64,000 bases of DNA, taken from positions 21,272 to 85,271 of the forward strand of contig JBCFAY010000002.1 of assembly GCA_038562375.1 (NCBI GenBank), given 5' to 3'. Shown here piece by piece: positions 18,174 to 26,988 of this stretch. A model generated the notes under the pieces. That model was not told where the DNA came from. It made no database searches and saw only the letters and a list, made by a program, of their open reading frames with translations. A program made the translations under genes and the position numbers. This DNA is from Bacillota bacterium (GTDB taxonomy: Bacteria; Bacillota; Clostridia; Christensenellales; CAG-138). How positions within the stretch are numbered: position 1 is the stretch's first letter; each line of letters begins with the position of its first letter.

Positions 18174-18766
18174 TCCGTGGCCTCCAGTTCGATTTTCAGC
18201 GCATTGATCGCATCGGCGATTTTATTGGTCACCACGTCGATCAAAATCGTCTTATTGGCTTCCGCCACCAGCTCGACCGTGTTGATCGGCCTGCCGACGA
18301 GTATTTTGGGATGCATCATGCGCCAACTCCAGGGATGGATGTAGATCGGTATGATGGGCGCGCCCGTACGAACAGCGAGGAACGCCGCGCCCTTTTCGAA
18401 CTCGTCCATGTCGTCGGTGACCGAGCGCTTGCCTTCGGGGAAAATGCCGAACACCTTGTCCTGGTTGAGCACCTTGATCGCCGTCTTGAGCGAGGCGAGA
18501 TCCGCGGACTTGCGGTTTACCGGGAACGCGAGGCAGGAGCGCAGGAACAGATTCGCAAGCTTATTTTTAAAAAGCTCGGATTTTGCCATAAAATGCACGA
18601 TGCGCGGCGAGCACAGCGCGATCAGTATCGGATCGGCCAGGCTGATATGGTTGGATACGAATATCGCCTTGCCCTTCACGCGCAGATTTTGCTTGCCGTA
18701 TACCAGGGGCCTGAAAATGAGCAGCAGCAGCGGCCCGATGACATATTTAATAAGATAATACAGCAT
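18164..18766 (-). CDS. plsC: 1-acyl-sn-glycerol-3-phosphate acyltransferase
   Basis: Carries the HX4D motif (NHISLAD) and FPEGKRS. The ATG at 18766 follows the RBS AGGGAGG, while the ORF-track start at 18859 would overlap cmk. Confidence 0.9.
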   Translation of the reverse strand: MLYYLIKYVIGPLLLLIFRPLVYGKQNLRVKGKAIFVSNHISLADPILIALCSPRIVHFMAKSELFKNKLANLFLRSCLAFPVNRKSADLASLKTAIKVLNQDKVFGIFPEGKRSVTDDMDEFEKGAAFLAVRTGAPIIPIYIHPWSWRMMHPKILVGRPINTVELVAEANKTILIDVVTNKIADAINALKIELEATDCR

Positions 18767-18776
18767 GCAGCCTCCC

Positions 18777-19451
18777 TTACCTCGCCGGGCGGATATGGTC
18801 CATGACGGCCTCGATCGCCTGTTCGATGGAAAGCGACGATGTATCGACCAAAACGGCATCCTCCGCCTGCCTTAGCGGAGCCATCGCGCGCGTGCTGTCG
18901 GTCAGATCGCGCTTTTGTATCTGATCGAGCACCTGTTCAAACGTCTCTCCGACGGAAAGCCCTTTTTGCTCCATCTCGAGCAGGCGGCGCCGCGCCCGCA
19001 CCTCGGCGGATGCGGTAACGAAGAACTTATATTTTGCATCCTTGAGCACATAGGTCGTGATATCGCGCCCGTCCATCACAACGTCGTGCTCCACAGCGAT
19101 CTGCCGCTGAATCCGGACCAGCTTGTGGCGCACCGCCGGGATCACCGCAATATCCGAAGCGCCCTTTGAGACCTCGGAGGTACGGATCAAGCCCGTGACG
19201 TCCTCGCCGTCGAGCCAAAACGTCTGAACGCCGTTTTCAAAGCCGACCCTTACGTCGGTATCGTCTAAAAACCCTTCGACGCCGACGGCGTCTCCCGGAT
19301 CGATCCCAAGGCGCAGGGCTTTCAGCGCGAGCGTGCGATACATGGCCCCGGTATCCAGATGCAGGATATGAAGCTCTTTGGCGATCGCCTTGGCGATCGT
19401 GCTCTTGCCCGCGCCCGCAGGCCCGTCGATAGCGATATTGATCCGTTCCAT
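18777..19451 (-). CDS. cmk: Cytidylate kinase
   Basis: 224 aa with the P-loop GPAGAGKST. Confidence 0.96.
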   Translation of the reverse strand: MERINIAIDGPAGAGKSTIAKAIAKELHILHLDTGAMYRTLALKALRLGIDPGDAVGVEGFLDDTDVRVGFENGVQTFWLDGEDVTGLIRTSEVSKGASDIAVIPAVRHKLVRIQRQIAVEHDVVMDGRDITTYVLKDAKYKFFVTASAEVRARRRLLEMEQKGLSVGETFEQVLDQIQKRDLTDSTRAMAPLRQAEDAVLVDTSSLSIEQAIEAVMDHIRPAR

Positions 19452-19468
19452 AACAACACCTCTTTGCT

Positions 19469-20689
19469 TTATGGGATGCTCCTGCCCGCGAGCGCGCCGG
19501 TAGAGAATGCGATCTGCAGATTAAAGCCGCCGGTCAGCGCGTCCACATCGATGATCTCGCCCGCGAAGTATAGCCCCGGCACGAGCTTTGATTCCATCGT
19601 CGACGGGTCGATCTCCTTGACATTGATCCCGCCGCGCGTGATGATCGCTTCCTCGATCGGCAGCGCCCCTTTTACCGTAAGCGGAATGTCCTTCAAGCAT
19701 TGGGCGAGCCTTTGCCGTTCCTCCCGCGCAACCTGATTGACCGGCTTATTCGGCTCGATCCGGACGTGAGAAAGCACAACAGGGATCATGCGGGAAGGCA
19801 GAAGCTCCTTCATGGCGTTGGCAAGATGGCGATTGGGCTCCGCATCAAAATCCCGGACGAGGCGCCTGTCCAGCTGTTCGGGCGTCAGTCCCGGCTTCAT
19901 ATCGATGCTCAGGCGCGCGCCCTCGGGCGCATCGGCGATCATGCTGCTCGCGGAAAGCACGAGCGGTCCCGAAACCCCAAAGTGCGTAAAAAGCATTTCC
20001 CCAAGCTCGTCATAGATCGCGCGCCCCTTGCGCAAAACACTCAGTGAAACGTTTTTGAGCGAAAGTCCGGTGAGCTGTTTGGGCCAATCCTCAACGGTCT
20101 CGAGCGGAACGAGCGCCGCGCGCGGCGGCTGTATCGTATGCCCAAGCGATGCGGCAAGCTTAAGCCCGAAGCCGTCCGATCCGGTGGAGGGATAACTCAG
20201 TCCGCCCGTCGCGAGCACCACCGCGTCAAACGTGCGCGCCCCCGACCCGGTCGATACTTCAAAACCGCCTTCGGAGCTTTTTTTAAGGTCCAGTACTTTT
20301 TGGTTTAAACGCACCTCGACGCCGAATTTGTTCAAATACCGCCCGAGAGCGTTGATGATGTCGCTCGACTTATCCGAACACGGGAACACGCGCCCGCCGC
20401 GCTCGATCTTGAGTGGAACGCGCTGCTCCTCCAGGATCCCCATGATGTCGGCACAGGAAAATCCCCTGAGCGCGCTAAAGAGAAATTTGGGATTGCGGGC
20501 GATATTCTCGAAAAACCGCTCGCCCTCGGCGACGTTCGTCACGTTGCATCTGCCCTTGCCCGTGAGGTAAAGCTTTTTTCCAAGCTTCTCGTTGCGCTCG
20601 AAGAGCACCGTTTTATGTCCGCTCTGCGCGGCGCACGCGGCGGCAAGCAATCCCGCGGGACCACCGCCGATTACCGCAATGTTTGCCAA
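19469..20689 (-). CDS. NAD(P)/FAD-dependent oxidoreductase, HI0933/BaiN-like flavoprotein
   Basis: 406 aa with the dinucleotide-binding motif VIGGGPAGL and HI0933-family architecture. Confidence 0.88.
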   Translation of the reverse strand: MANIAVIGGGPAGLLAAACAAQSGHKTVLFERNEKLGKKLYLTGKGRCNVTNVAEGERFFENIARNPKFLFSALRGFSCADIMGILEEQRVPLKIERGGRVFPCSDKSSDIINALGRYLNKFGVEVRLNQKVLDLKKSSEGGFEVSTGSGARTFDAVVLATGGLSYPSTGSDGFGLKLAASLGHTIQPPRAALVPLETVEDWPKQLTGLSLKNVSLSVLRKGRAIYDELGEMLFTHFGVSGPLVLSASSMIADAPEGARLSIDMKPGLTPEQLDRRLVRDFDAEPNRHLANAMKELLPSRMIPVVLSHVRIEPNKPVNQVAREERQRLAQCLKDIPLTVKGALPIEEAIITRGGINVKEIDPSTMESKLVPGLYFAGEIIDVDALTGGFNLQIAFSTGALAGRSIP

Positions 20690-21303
20690 GTGAGCATACC
20701 CTCCAAAAGATGCGACGTATTGTTGGAGTGCACCAGAGTGATCATTCCGTCCGAACGAACCTCTGTTTCCGTTGTGCCGGTATTGTCAAGCCGGAGCGAA
20801 TGAATCCTGTCATAAGGAAGCCCGATCAGATGCGCGATCATGAGCTTGAGCGGAAGCGTATGGCTGACGATCGCCACCGTATCGTCCGACGCGGCGCTGA
20901 TGTGCTCGAAAAAATCCCGCATACGGGCCAGCACCTCTTTGGGCCGCTCCGCGCCGGGAATTTCTGCGGTAAACGGGCGTACCCTCCAATGCTCGAACGT
21001 TTCCGGGAACAATGCGGCGATCTCGTCAAACCGAAGGCCTTCCCATTCCCCGAAATCGATCTCTGTGAGACGCTCATCCGGGGTTGTGGGAACGCCGGTC
21101 GCCTTTGCAAGCGGCTGAGCCGTCTGCAGGGCGCGCTGCAGCGGGCTTGAATAAATCGCGTTCAGACCGCTGTTTTTTAGTCTTTCCGCCAGGTGTTCCG
21201 CCTGCATAAGGCCCGTCTCGTCCAAGGGCGTATCCGTTCTGCCCTGTGTTTTATGCTGGGTGTTCCAGATCGTTTGCGCATGGCGAATCCAAATGAATTT
21301 CAT
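20671..21303 (-). CDS. Histidine phosphatase family protein (phosphoglycerate-mutase-like)
   Basis: The ATG at 21303 gives MKFIWIRHAQT... with the RH catalytic motif. Its 3' end overlaps the downstream flavoprotein gene by 19 nt. Confidence 0.85.
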   Translation of the reverse strand: MKFIWIRHAQTIWNTQHKTQGRTDTPLDETGLMQAEHLAERLKNSGLNAIYSSPLQRALQTAQPLAKATGVPTTPDERLTEIDFGEWEGLRFDEIAALFPETFEHWRVRPFTAEIPGAERPKEVLARMRDFFEHISAASDDTVAIVSHTLPLKLMIAHLIGLPYDRIHSLRLDNTGTTETEVRSDGMITLVHSNNTSHLLEGMLTWQTLR

Positions 21304-21307
21304 CCGT

Positions 21308-22186
21308 TCATTCGTCCTCGGGCCGTCTGGTAAGATAGACCCGCTGCATCCCCCAGATACTCTCAAGCTGATCGAAGCGGTCGGAGATCTCGTCCTTGCA
21401 CCTTAGGCCCGCGGCCACGAGCACCGCGTTGATCAGGCTCAGCGGCGCGACCAGCGAATCCGCGAAGGAGGCCATATCGCTCCTCGCGATCAGGGCGAAA
21501 TCCGCCATCTGCGCAAGCGGGGAAGCGTGCCCGTCGGTAAGGGCGATAATGCTCGCGCTGTGGTTCTTGGCGAACGACATCGCGTCCAGCGTCCTCGTCG
21601 AATAACGCGGGAAGCTGATGCCCACGCAGACGTCCTTCGGACCGATGCGGATCATCTGTTCGTAAGCGTCCCCGATAAACGCGTTGACGAGGATTATATT
21701 GCCCCGCACAAAGTTCAAATAGTACGCCAGGAACTGCGCAAGCGGCGACGCGCTGCGAAAACCGATGATATAAACGTTCTCCGCCTCGAGAAGCACATCG
21801 ATGGCGGCGTTGAAGGCAACGTTATCGATCGTTTCGATCGTGGAGCGGATGTTCTGCATATCCGCCTTGAGGACGGATTTTAAGATGTTCGCCTGATCCA
21901 TCTCCGCCGAGGAAAGCTGTATCCGCTGCACGCTCGTGAGCTTGTTGCGGATGAGCTCCTGCAGGGATTTTTGGAGCTCGGGGTATCCGTCGTACCCGAG
22001 CGCGTACGCGAAGCGTACGACCGTCGACTCGCTTACGCCCACCATACGCCCCATCTGCGACGCGGTGATGAAAGCGGCCTTGTCATAATTTCCAAGAATA
22101 TAGGTCGCGAGCTGTTTTTGCCCTTTGCTGAGGGATCTGTACCGCTGGTTGAGCTTAGTGAGCAGGTCGTCGTTTTCGATCCTCAT
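21308..22186 (-). CDS. MurR/RpiR-family transcriptional regulator (HTH plus SIS domain)
   Basis: 292 aa with an N-terminal HTH_6-like region and a C-terminal SIS sugar-phosphate-binding domain. Confidence 0.88.
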   Translation of the reverse strand: MRIENDDLLTKLNQRYRSLSKGQKQLATYILGNYDKAAFITASQMGRMVGVSESTVVRFAYALGYDGYPELQKSLQELIRNKLTSVQRIQLSSAEMDQANILKSVLKADMQNIRSTIETIDNVAFNAAIDVLLEAENVYIIGFRSASPLAQFLAYYLNFVRGNIILVNAFIGDAYEQMIRIGPKDVCVGISFPRYSTRTLDAMSFAKNHSASIIALTDGHASPLAQMADFALIARSDMASFADSLVAPLSLINAVLVAAGLRCKDEISDRFDQLESIWGMQRVYLTRRPEDE

Positions 22187-22189
22187 GCC

Positions 22190-22966
22190 TTATCCCTCCT
22201 TGAGAAAGTCGTAATGAATCTGCGCGGAATCCATCTTATCACACTGCTGTACCATGTGCGTGCGCAAAATCGTAAGGGTGACATATCCTCTTTTTACCCA
22301 GTAAGCGTCTGAATCCTTCATGGGTTCCGGCATGTCGGCTCGGCCGGGCAGCCAATAATACTTCCGCCCATACGGATCGACCCTCTCCACGTATGGGCGT
22401 CGGTCTACGGAGCAGTTCAGGCCCGTATACCGCGCGCCCTTGATTTGGTCGGCAGGAAGATCCGGAACGTTGATGTTGAGAAGGCAGCCCGGTTCAAGCG
22501 GCCGCTCCTTCAGGTACTCGACCGCGTTGCGGGTCACGATCGCCGCCGTTTCAAAATGTTTGGGATGATTGGATTCGATGGAGGAAGCAATGGCCGGAAT
22601 GCCCAGGGAAATCGCCTCCATTGCGGCGGAGACGGTGCCCGAGTACAGGACGTCGGTGCCGAGGTTCGATCCGTGATTGATGCCGGAAACCACAAGCTCT
22701 ATGCCGTCGACGAGATTGCAGCAGCCGAGCTTTACGCAATCGGCGGGGGTGCCCGTTACGGCAATCGCTGTGGACGCGCCCGGAAGGACATCAAGGCTGA
22801 TGGGGGAAGCAAGCAGCGGAACCTGGTATGTAACCGAATGGCTTGAACCGCTTCTCTCCATGTCCGGCGCCACAACCGTCACCTCATTGGTCCGGCTAAG
22901 CTCCCCGCACAGCGCCGCAATGCCCCGCGCATAGATCCCGTCGTCATTGCTGACAAGTATTCTCAT
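22190..22966 (-). CDS. surE: 5'/3'-nucleotidase SurE
   Basis: The ATG at 22966 gives the canonical MRILVSNDDGI N-terminus. The ORF-track start at 22996 would add 10 residues. Confidence 0.93.
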   Translation of the reverse strand: MRILVSNDDGIYARGIAALCGELSRTNEVTVVAPDMERSGSSHSVTYQVPLLASPISLDVLPGASTAIAVTGTPADCVKLGCCNLVDGIELVVSGINHGSNLGTDVLYSGTVSAAMEAISLGIPAIASSIESNHPKHFETAAIVTRNAVEYLKERPLEPGCLLNINVPDLPADQIKGARYTGLNCSVDRRPYVERVDPYGRKYYWLPGRADMPEPMKDSDAYWVKRGYVTLTILRTHMVQQCDKMDSAQIHYDFLKEG

Positions 22967-23013
22967 GTTTAAGGTGCCCCCGTGTTTGAAACTCATCTTC
23001 TAAAACTTTCAAT

Positions 23014-23042
23014 AGTATAGCAGAATCAAGCATAAATTGCAA
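23014..23042 (-). promoter_or_regulatory. Sigma-A-type promoter of the surE operon
   Basis: -35 TTGCAA (23042..23037), 17-nt spacer, TG-extended -10 TGCTATACT (23019..23014). Confidence 0.6.
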
Positions 23043-23082
23043 TGAAAATCCAAAATGATGAATCAGTTGCATTTCTTCATGC

Positions 23083-23109
23083 AAAAACGCGCCGAAGCGA
23101 CGTTTTTTT
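23083..23109. terminator. Orphan bidirectional terminator-like hairpin
   Basis: AAAAACGCGC-cgaa-GCG(A)CGTTTTTTT lies upstream of the surE promoter and upstream of the small plus-strand ORF. Confidence 0.5.
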
Positions 23110-23238
23110 ATCGTTTTCATCGTCGGGGACGCAATGCGGCGCATGGGATGATTTGCGATTGTAATCCGACATATATATTAGCGCGGAGTATTTGATGATA
23201 CTCCTGTGGTCTTGCACCGATCTGAGGAGGAATGTAAC

Positions 23239-23439
23239 ATGACTCCATGCGAGCTGTCCGTCGCACTCAATACCGCCGCCAACGCGATGGCGGCCAATTT
23301 AAGCAATGAAGAGCTCGCTTTGCTGACGGCGATGTTCCGGCAGATGTACGAGGCGCTCACGGGGATCCTATTATACAGAAGGGCATGCTCTGATCTCTCT
23401 TCGGATAAATCGGATAAAAAGGACAAGAAGGACAAATAA
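23239..23439 (+). CDS. Small hypothetical protein (66 aa) with a helical core and a Lys/Asp-rich tail
   Basis: A strong RBS (GGAGGA) sits 7 nt before the ATG at 23239. The sequence is MTPCELSVALNTAANAMAANLSNEELALLTAMFRQMYEALTGIL...DKSDKKDKKDK. It resembles small Clostridial proteins of unknown function with an S-x-EEL-x-LL-x-x-F-x-Q motif. Confidence 0.6.
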   Translation: MTPCELSVALNTAANAMAANLSNEELALLTAMFRQMYEALTGILLYRRACSDLSSDKSDKKDKKDK

Positions 23440-23447
23440 AAAACGCA

Positions 23448-23473
23448 GATCGCCGCCCTTTTGGGCGGCGATC
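23448..23473. terminator. Terminator shared by clpX (minus) and the small ORF (plus)
   Basis: GATCGCCGCC(C)-tttt-GGCGGCGATC. On the minus strand it is followed by TGCGTTTTTT. Confidence 0.75.
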
Positions 23474-23567
23474 CGACTGCGGCAAGGCTTTTTGCCCTGG
23501 CCAAACCAAAACATTCGCTCTCTCCCGCGCCGCGCGATGCGCCGCCCGGAGCGTTGATTACAAAACC

Positions 23568-24827
23568 CTAGCAGACTCCGGGGGCGCTCAGGCGCTCCAC
23601 CTCTCTTAGCAGCAGAACGGGAGGTTGTTTCCTCTCGATCACATCCTTGGTGATGATGCACTTCTTGATATCCGCACGCGAGGGGATATCGAACATGATC
23701 CCAAGCATCACATCCTCGAGTATCGCCCTGAGGCCGCGCGCACCGGTCTTGCGTTCGATCGCCTTTTTGGCGACGGCCACAAGCGCCTCATTCTCGAACT
23801 CAAGCTCCACGCCGTCCATCTCGAAAAGCCGCTTATACTGGCGCGTGAGCGCGTTCTTCGGCTTGGTAAGGATGTCGAGCAGCGCGTTCTGGTCGAGCTG
23901 ATGCAGCGTGACGATGATCGGCATACGGCCCACGAACTCGGGGATCAAGCCGAATTTGAGCAAATCCTCGGGCAGGATGTTCTTCAGGATCGCGCCGATG
24001 TCCTTTTCGACGTTGGATTTAACGTCGGCGCCGAAGCCCATCGACTTCTTGCCGGTGCGCTTGGTGATGATCTGGTCGATCCCATCGAACGCGCCGCCGC
24101 AGATGAAGAGCACGTTGGTCGTATCGATCTGTATGAACTCCTGATGCGGATGCTTGCGGCCGCCCTGAGGCGGGACGCTTGCGACCGTACCCTCGAGTAT
24201 CTTGAGCAGCGCCTGCTGCACGCCTTCGCCGGACACGTCGCGGGTGATCGAGGGATTCTCGCTCTTCCTCGCGATCTTATCGATTTCGTCGATGTACACG
24301 ATCCCTTTTTCCGCACGCTCGACATCATAGTCCGCAGCCTGGATGAGCTTTAAGAGGATGTTCTCCACATCTTCGCCAACATATCCGGCCTCGGTCAGGC
24401 TCGTCGCGTCCGCGATTGCGAACGGCACGTTCAGGATCTTCGCGAGCGATTGGGCAAGCATCGTCTTGCCGCAGCCCGTGGGCCCGAGCATGATGATATT
24501 GCTCTTTTGCAGCTCGACATCGTCGTTTTTGGAAACGCCGGAGTTGATTCGTTTATAATGGTTATAGACCGCAACCGCGAGGGAACGCTTTGCATCCTCC
24601 TGCCCGATCACGTATTGGTTGAGCACGCCAAAGATATCGGCGGGTTTTGGAATGTCCGATAAATCGATCGGAGCGGAACCAAAATCCTCGTCGATGATCT
24701 CCTGGCAAAGCTCCACGCATTCGTTGCAGATATAGACGCTGGGTCCCGCGATAATGCGGTGCACTTCTTCCTGCGTTTTGCCGCAGAAAGAGCACTTGAC
24801 CGGGCTTTTTTCTTCGTGTTTTGCCAT
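23568..24827 (-). CDS. clpX: ATP-dependent Clp protease ATP-binding subunit ClpX
   Basis: 419 aa with a zinc ribbon (CSFCGK...CNEC) and Walker A GPTGCGKT. Confidence 0.97.
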   Translation of the reverse strand: MAKHEEKSPVKCSFCGKTQEEVHRIIAGPSVYICNECVELCQEIIDEDFGSAPIDLSDIPKPADIFGVLNQYVIGQEDAKRSLAVAVYNHYKRINSGVSKNDDVELQKSNIIMLGPTGCGKTMLAQSLAKILNVPFAIADATSLTEAGYVGEDVENILLKLIQAADYDVERAEKGIVYIDEIDKIARKSENPSITRDVSGEGVQQALLKILEGTVASVPPQGGRKHPHQEFIQIDTTNVLFICGGAFDGIDQIITKRTGKKSMGFGADVKSNVEKDIGAILKNILPEDLLKFGLIPEFVGRMPIIVTLHQLDQNALLDILTKPKNALTRQYKRLFEMDGVELEFENEALVAVAKKAIERKTGARGLRAILEDVMLGIMFDIPSRADIKKCIITKDVIERKQPPVLLLREVERLSAPGVC

Positions 24828-24853
24828 TTATCTACCTCATTTAGGCTCAGGCT

Positions 24854-25438
24854 CTACCGCCTGGCGGGGAAAATCTCATCGATCAGCCCATAGCTTAAAG
24901 CCTGCTCGGCCGTCATAAAATTATCCCGTTCCGTATCGGCGCTCACCCGTTCGACCGGCTGGCCGGTACGGTCGGCCAGTATCTGGTTGAGCTTCTTTTT
25001 CATCGCTACAATATGCTCCGCATGGATCGCGATATCCGTCGCCTGGCCGCGCGCTCCGCCGCTGGGCTGATGGATCATGACCTCGCAGTTGGGCAGCGCC
25101 TTGCGCTTGCCCTTGGCGCCGGCCGCGAGCAAAAACGCGCCCATGGATGCCGCAAGGCCGACGCAGATCGTTGAAACGTCGCACTTGATATACTGTATCG
25201 TATCGTAGATCGCCATTCCGGCGCTGACAGAGCCGCCGGGGCTGTTGATATAAAGGTTGATGTCCTTGTCCGGATCTTCCGCTTCCAGGAACAATAACTG
25301 GGCAACGATGATATTCGCGGTATCATCGTCGATCTCGCCGCCCAGGAATACGACCCGATCCTTGAGAAGGCGCGAATAAATATCATAGGAACGTTCGCCA
25401 CGATTGGTTTGTTCGACGACCATCGGTACCAGATTCAT
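24854..25438 (-). CDS. clpP: ATP-dependent Clp protease proteolytic subunit ClpP
   Basis: Catalytic Ser and His contexts ([13 protein letters not shown]) are present. The ATG at 25438 has GGAG 9 nt upstream, whereas the alternative ATG at 25447 abuts the RBS. Confidence 0.95.
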   Translation of the reverse strand: MNLVPMVVEQTNRGERSYDIYSRLLKDRVVFLGGEIDDDTANIIVAQLLFLEAEDPDKDINLYINSPGGSVSAGMAIYDTIQYIKCDVSTICVGLAASMGAFLLAAGAKGKRKALPNCEVMIHQPSGGARGQATDIAIHAEHIVAMKKKLNQILADRTGQPVERVSADTERDNFMTAEQALSYGLIDEIFPARR

Positions 25439-25467
25439 TGCTGCCATCTCCTTTGTCTGTGTCTTTA

Positions 25468-26778
25468 TTAGGATTCCTTTTGTTCCGCGCCTGCTTTTTT
25501 GACGATAACCGCATTTTCAACAATTAGCGCAACCGTCTGCTCCATCACATTTTGATCCTCGAAATACGAGACCTCATCCTCCGCGAGCTGCTTACGGAAC
25601 TCCTCCGCGTCCTGGCCGATCTGCTTCGCGTAATCCTCCATCGATTTATCGACCGCAGCGGGATCGGGCTTAATCTCTTCCGCCTTAGCGATCGCATCGA
25701 GCGTCAGCTGCGTCCTCACGCGGGCTTCCGCCTCCTCGCGGTACTGGGCGCGGATCGACTCCATATCCTGGCCGGTATACTTTAAATAATCCTCGAACTT
25801 CAATCCCTGCGAGGCGAGACGATAGCTGATCTCCTTGAGCATGTGCGTTATCTGGCGCTCGATCATCGCGTCGGGAATATCGATTGTTGCGTTGGCGCTC
25901 GCCACGCGGATCGCTTCGTTCTCGGTCTGCGTCTTTTTGGCGTTCTCTGCGTTCTCTTCAAGCTCCTTGCGCTTGCTGGCCTTAAACGCCTCGAGCGTGT
26001 CGAACTCGGAGACGTCCTTCGCGAACTCATCGTCCAGCGCCGGCAGTTCCTTTACCTGTACCGCGCGGATCGTGACCGCAAATACCGCGTCCTTGCCCTT
26101 GAGCTCTTCGGCATGGTATTCATCGGGAAATTTCACGGAAATGTCCGCGGATTCTCCCGTGCTCATGCCGACCAGCTGATCCTCAAACCCCGGGATGAAC
26201 ATGCCGGAGCCGATGTCCAGCGACTGGTTCTCGGCCGTGCCGCCGGGGAACTGCACACCGTCCACGCTGCCCGAATAGTCCAGGACAACGCGGTCGCCCT
26301 GCGCGATCGGGCGCTCGACCTCGACATATCGGACGAGCTTTTCGCGTTCGCGCTCGATCTGCGCATCCACCATGGCGTCCGTAACATTATACTCGCCCAC
26401 CGCGACTTCTATACCCTTGTACGCCCCCAGCGCTACCTCCGGCTGGACCGGAACGGCGGCCGAAAACACGACATTCTGGTTGGGGCCCAGCTCGAGGATC
26501 TCGATGTCGGGACGGTCGACGGGCTCGAGATCATGCTCCTTCACCGCAGCCTCATAGGCATCGGGATATACGAGTTCAAACGCGCTCTCATAAAAAACGC
26601 CTTCGCCGTACATGTTCTGGATCACCTTGCGGGGCGCCTTCCCCTTGCGGAACCCGGGCACGTTATAATGCTTCGCTTCTTTAAGGTATGCTTTTTGTAT
26701 CGCTTCCGCGAATACATCCGCGGGAATTTCAATCGTCAGCTTAACCCTGCTCTTTTCCAGTACTTCCAGTCCTGCCAT
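25468..26778 (-). CDS. tig: Trigger factor
   Basis: 436 aa with the ribosome-binding motif GFRKGKAP and a central FKBP-type PPIase domain. Confidence 0.96.
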   Translation of the reverse strand: MAGLEVLEKSRVKLTIEIPADVFAEAIQKAYLKEAKHYNVPGFRKGKAPRKVIQNMYGEGVFYESAFELVYPDAYEAAVKEHDLEPVDRPDIEILELGPNQNVVFSAAVPVQPEVALGAYKGIEVAVGEYNVTDAMVDAQIEREREKLVRYVEVERPIAQGDRVVLDYSGSVDGVQFPGGTAENQSLDIGSGMFIPGFEDQLVGMSTGESADISVKFPDEYHAEELKGKDAVFAVTIRAVQVKELPALDDEFAKDVSEFDTLEAFKASKRKELEENAENAKKTQTENEAIRVASANATIDIPDAMIERQITHMLKEISYRLASQGLKFEDYLKYTGQDMESIRAQYREEAEARVRTQLTLDAIAKAEEIKPDPAAVDKSMEDYAKQIGQDAEEFRKQLAEDEVSYFEDQNVMEQTVALIVENAVIVKKAGAEQKES

Positions 26779-26988
26779 CCTTTTCCTCCAAAACGCGCAA
26801 AGTAATTATAGTGCATACTACACCAGCATTATATTATCTTAGCATATGCGGCGGTGTTTGGCAATGCGCTTTTATGCAGCGCGGCATCCGGCATCGCTGA
26901 ATAATCCGGCTTGATCCGCCGGCCGCCGCCCCCGCGATCCGCAGCTGTTCTCAAGGCAGACCTGCTTGGCGTTTGCCCTGCGTCCGCG

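Noticed and set aside
18767-18859. N-terminal extensions offered by the ORF track for many genes (plsC, holA, surE, murI, Ldh_2, glpK, NCS2 permease, M20 peptidase, SBP, ABC permease, ruvC, pth, mfd, SpoIID pair, TIGR04076, DUF1294, spoVT frame).
   Set aside because: The extensions overlap the upstream gene, lack an RBS and are Arg-rich junk. Internal starts have well-spaced GGAGG-type RBSs and reproduce the conserved N-termini.
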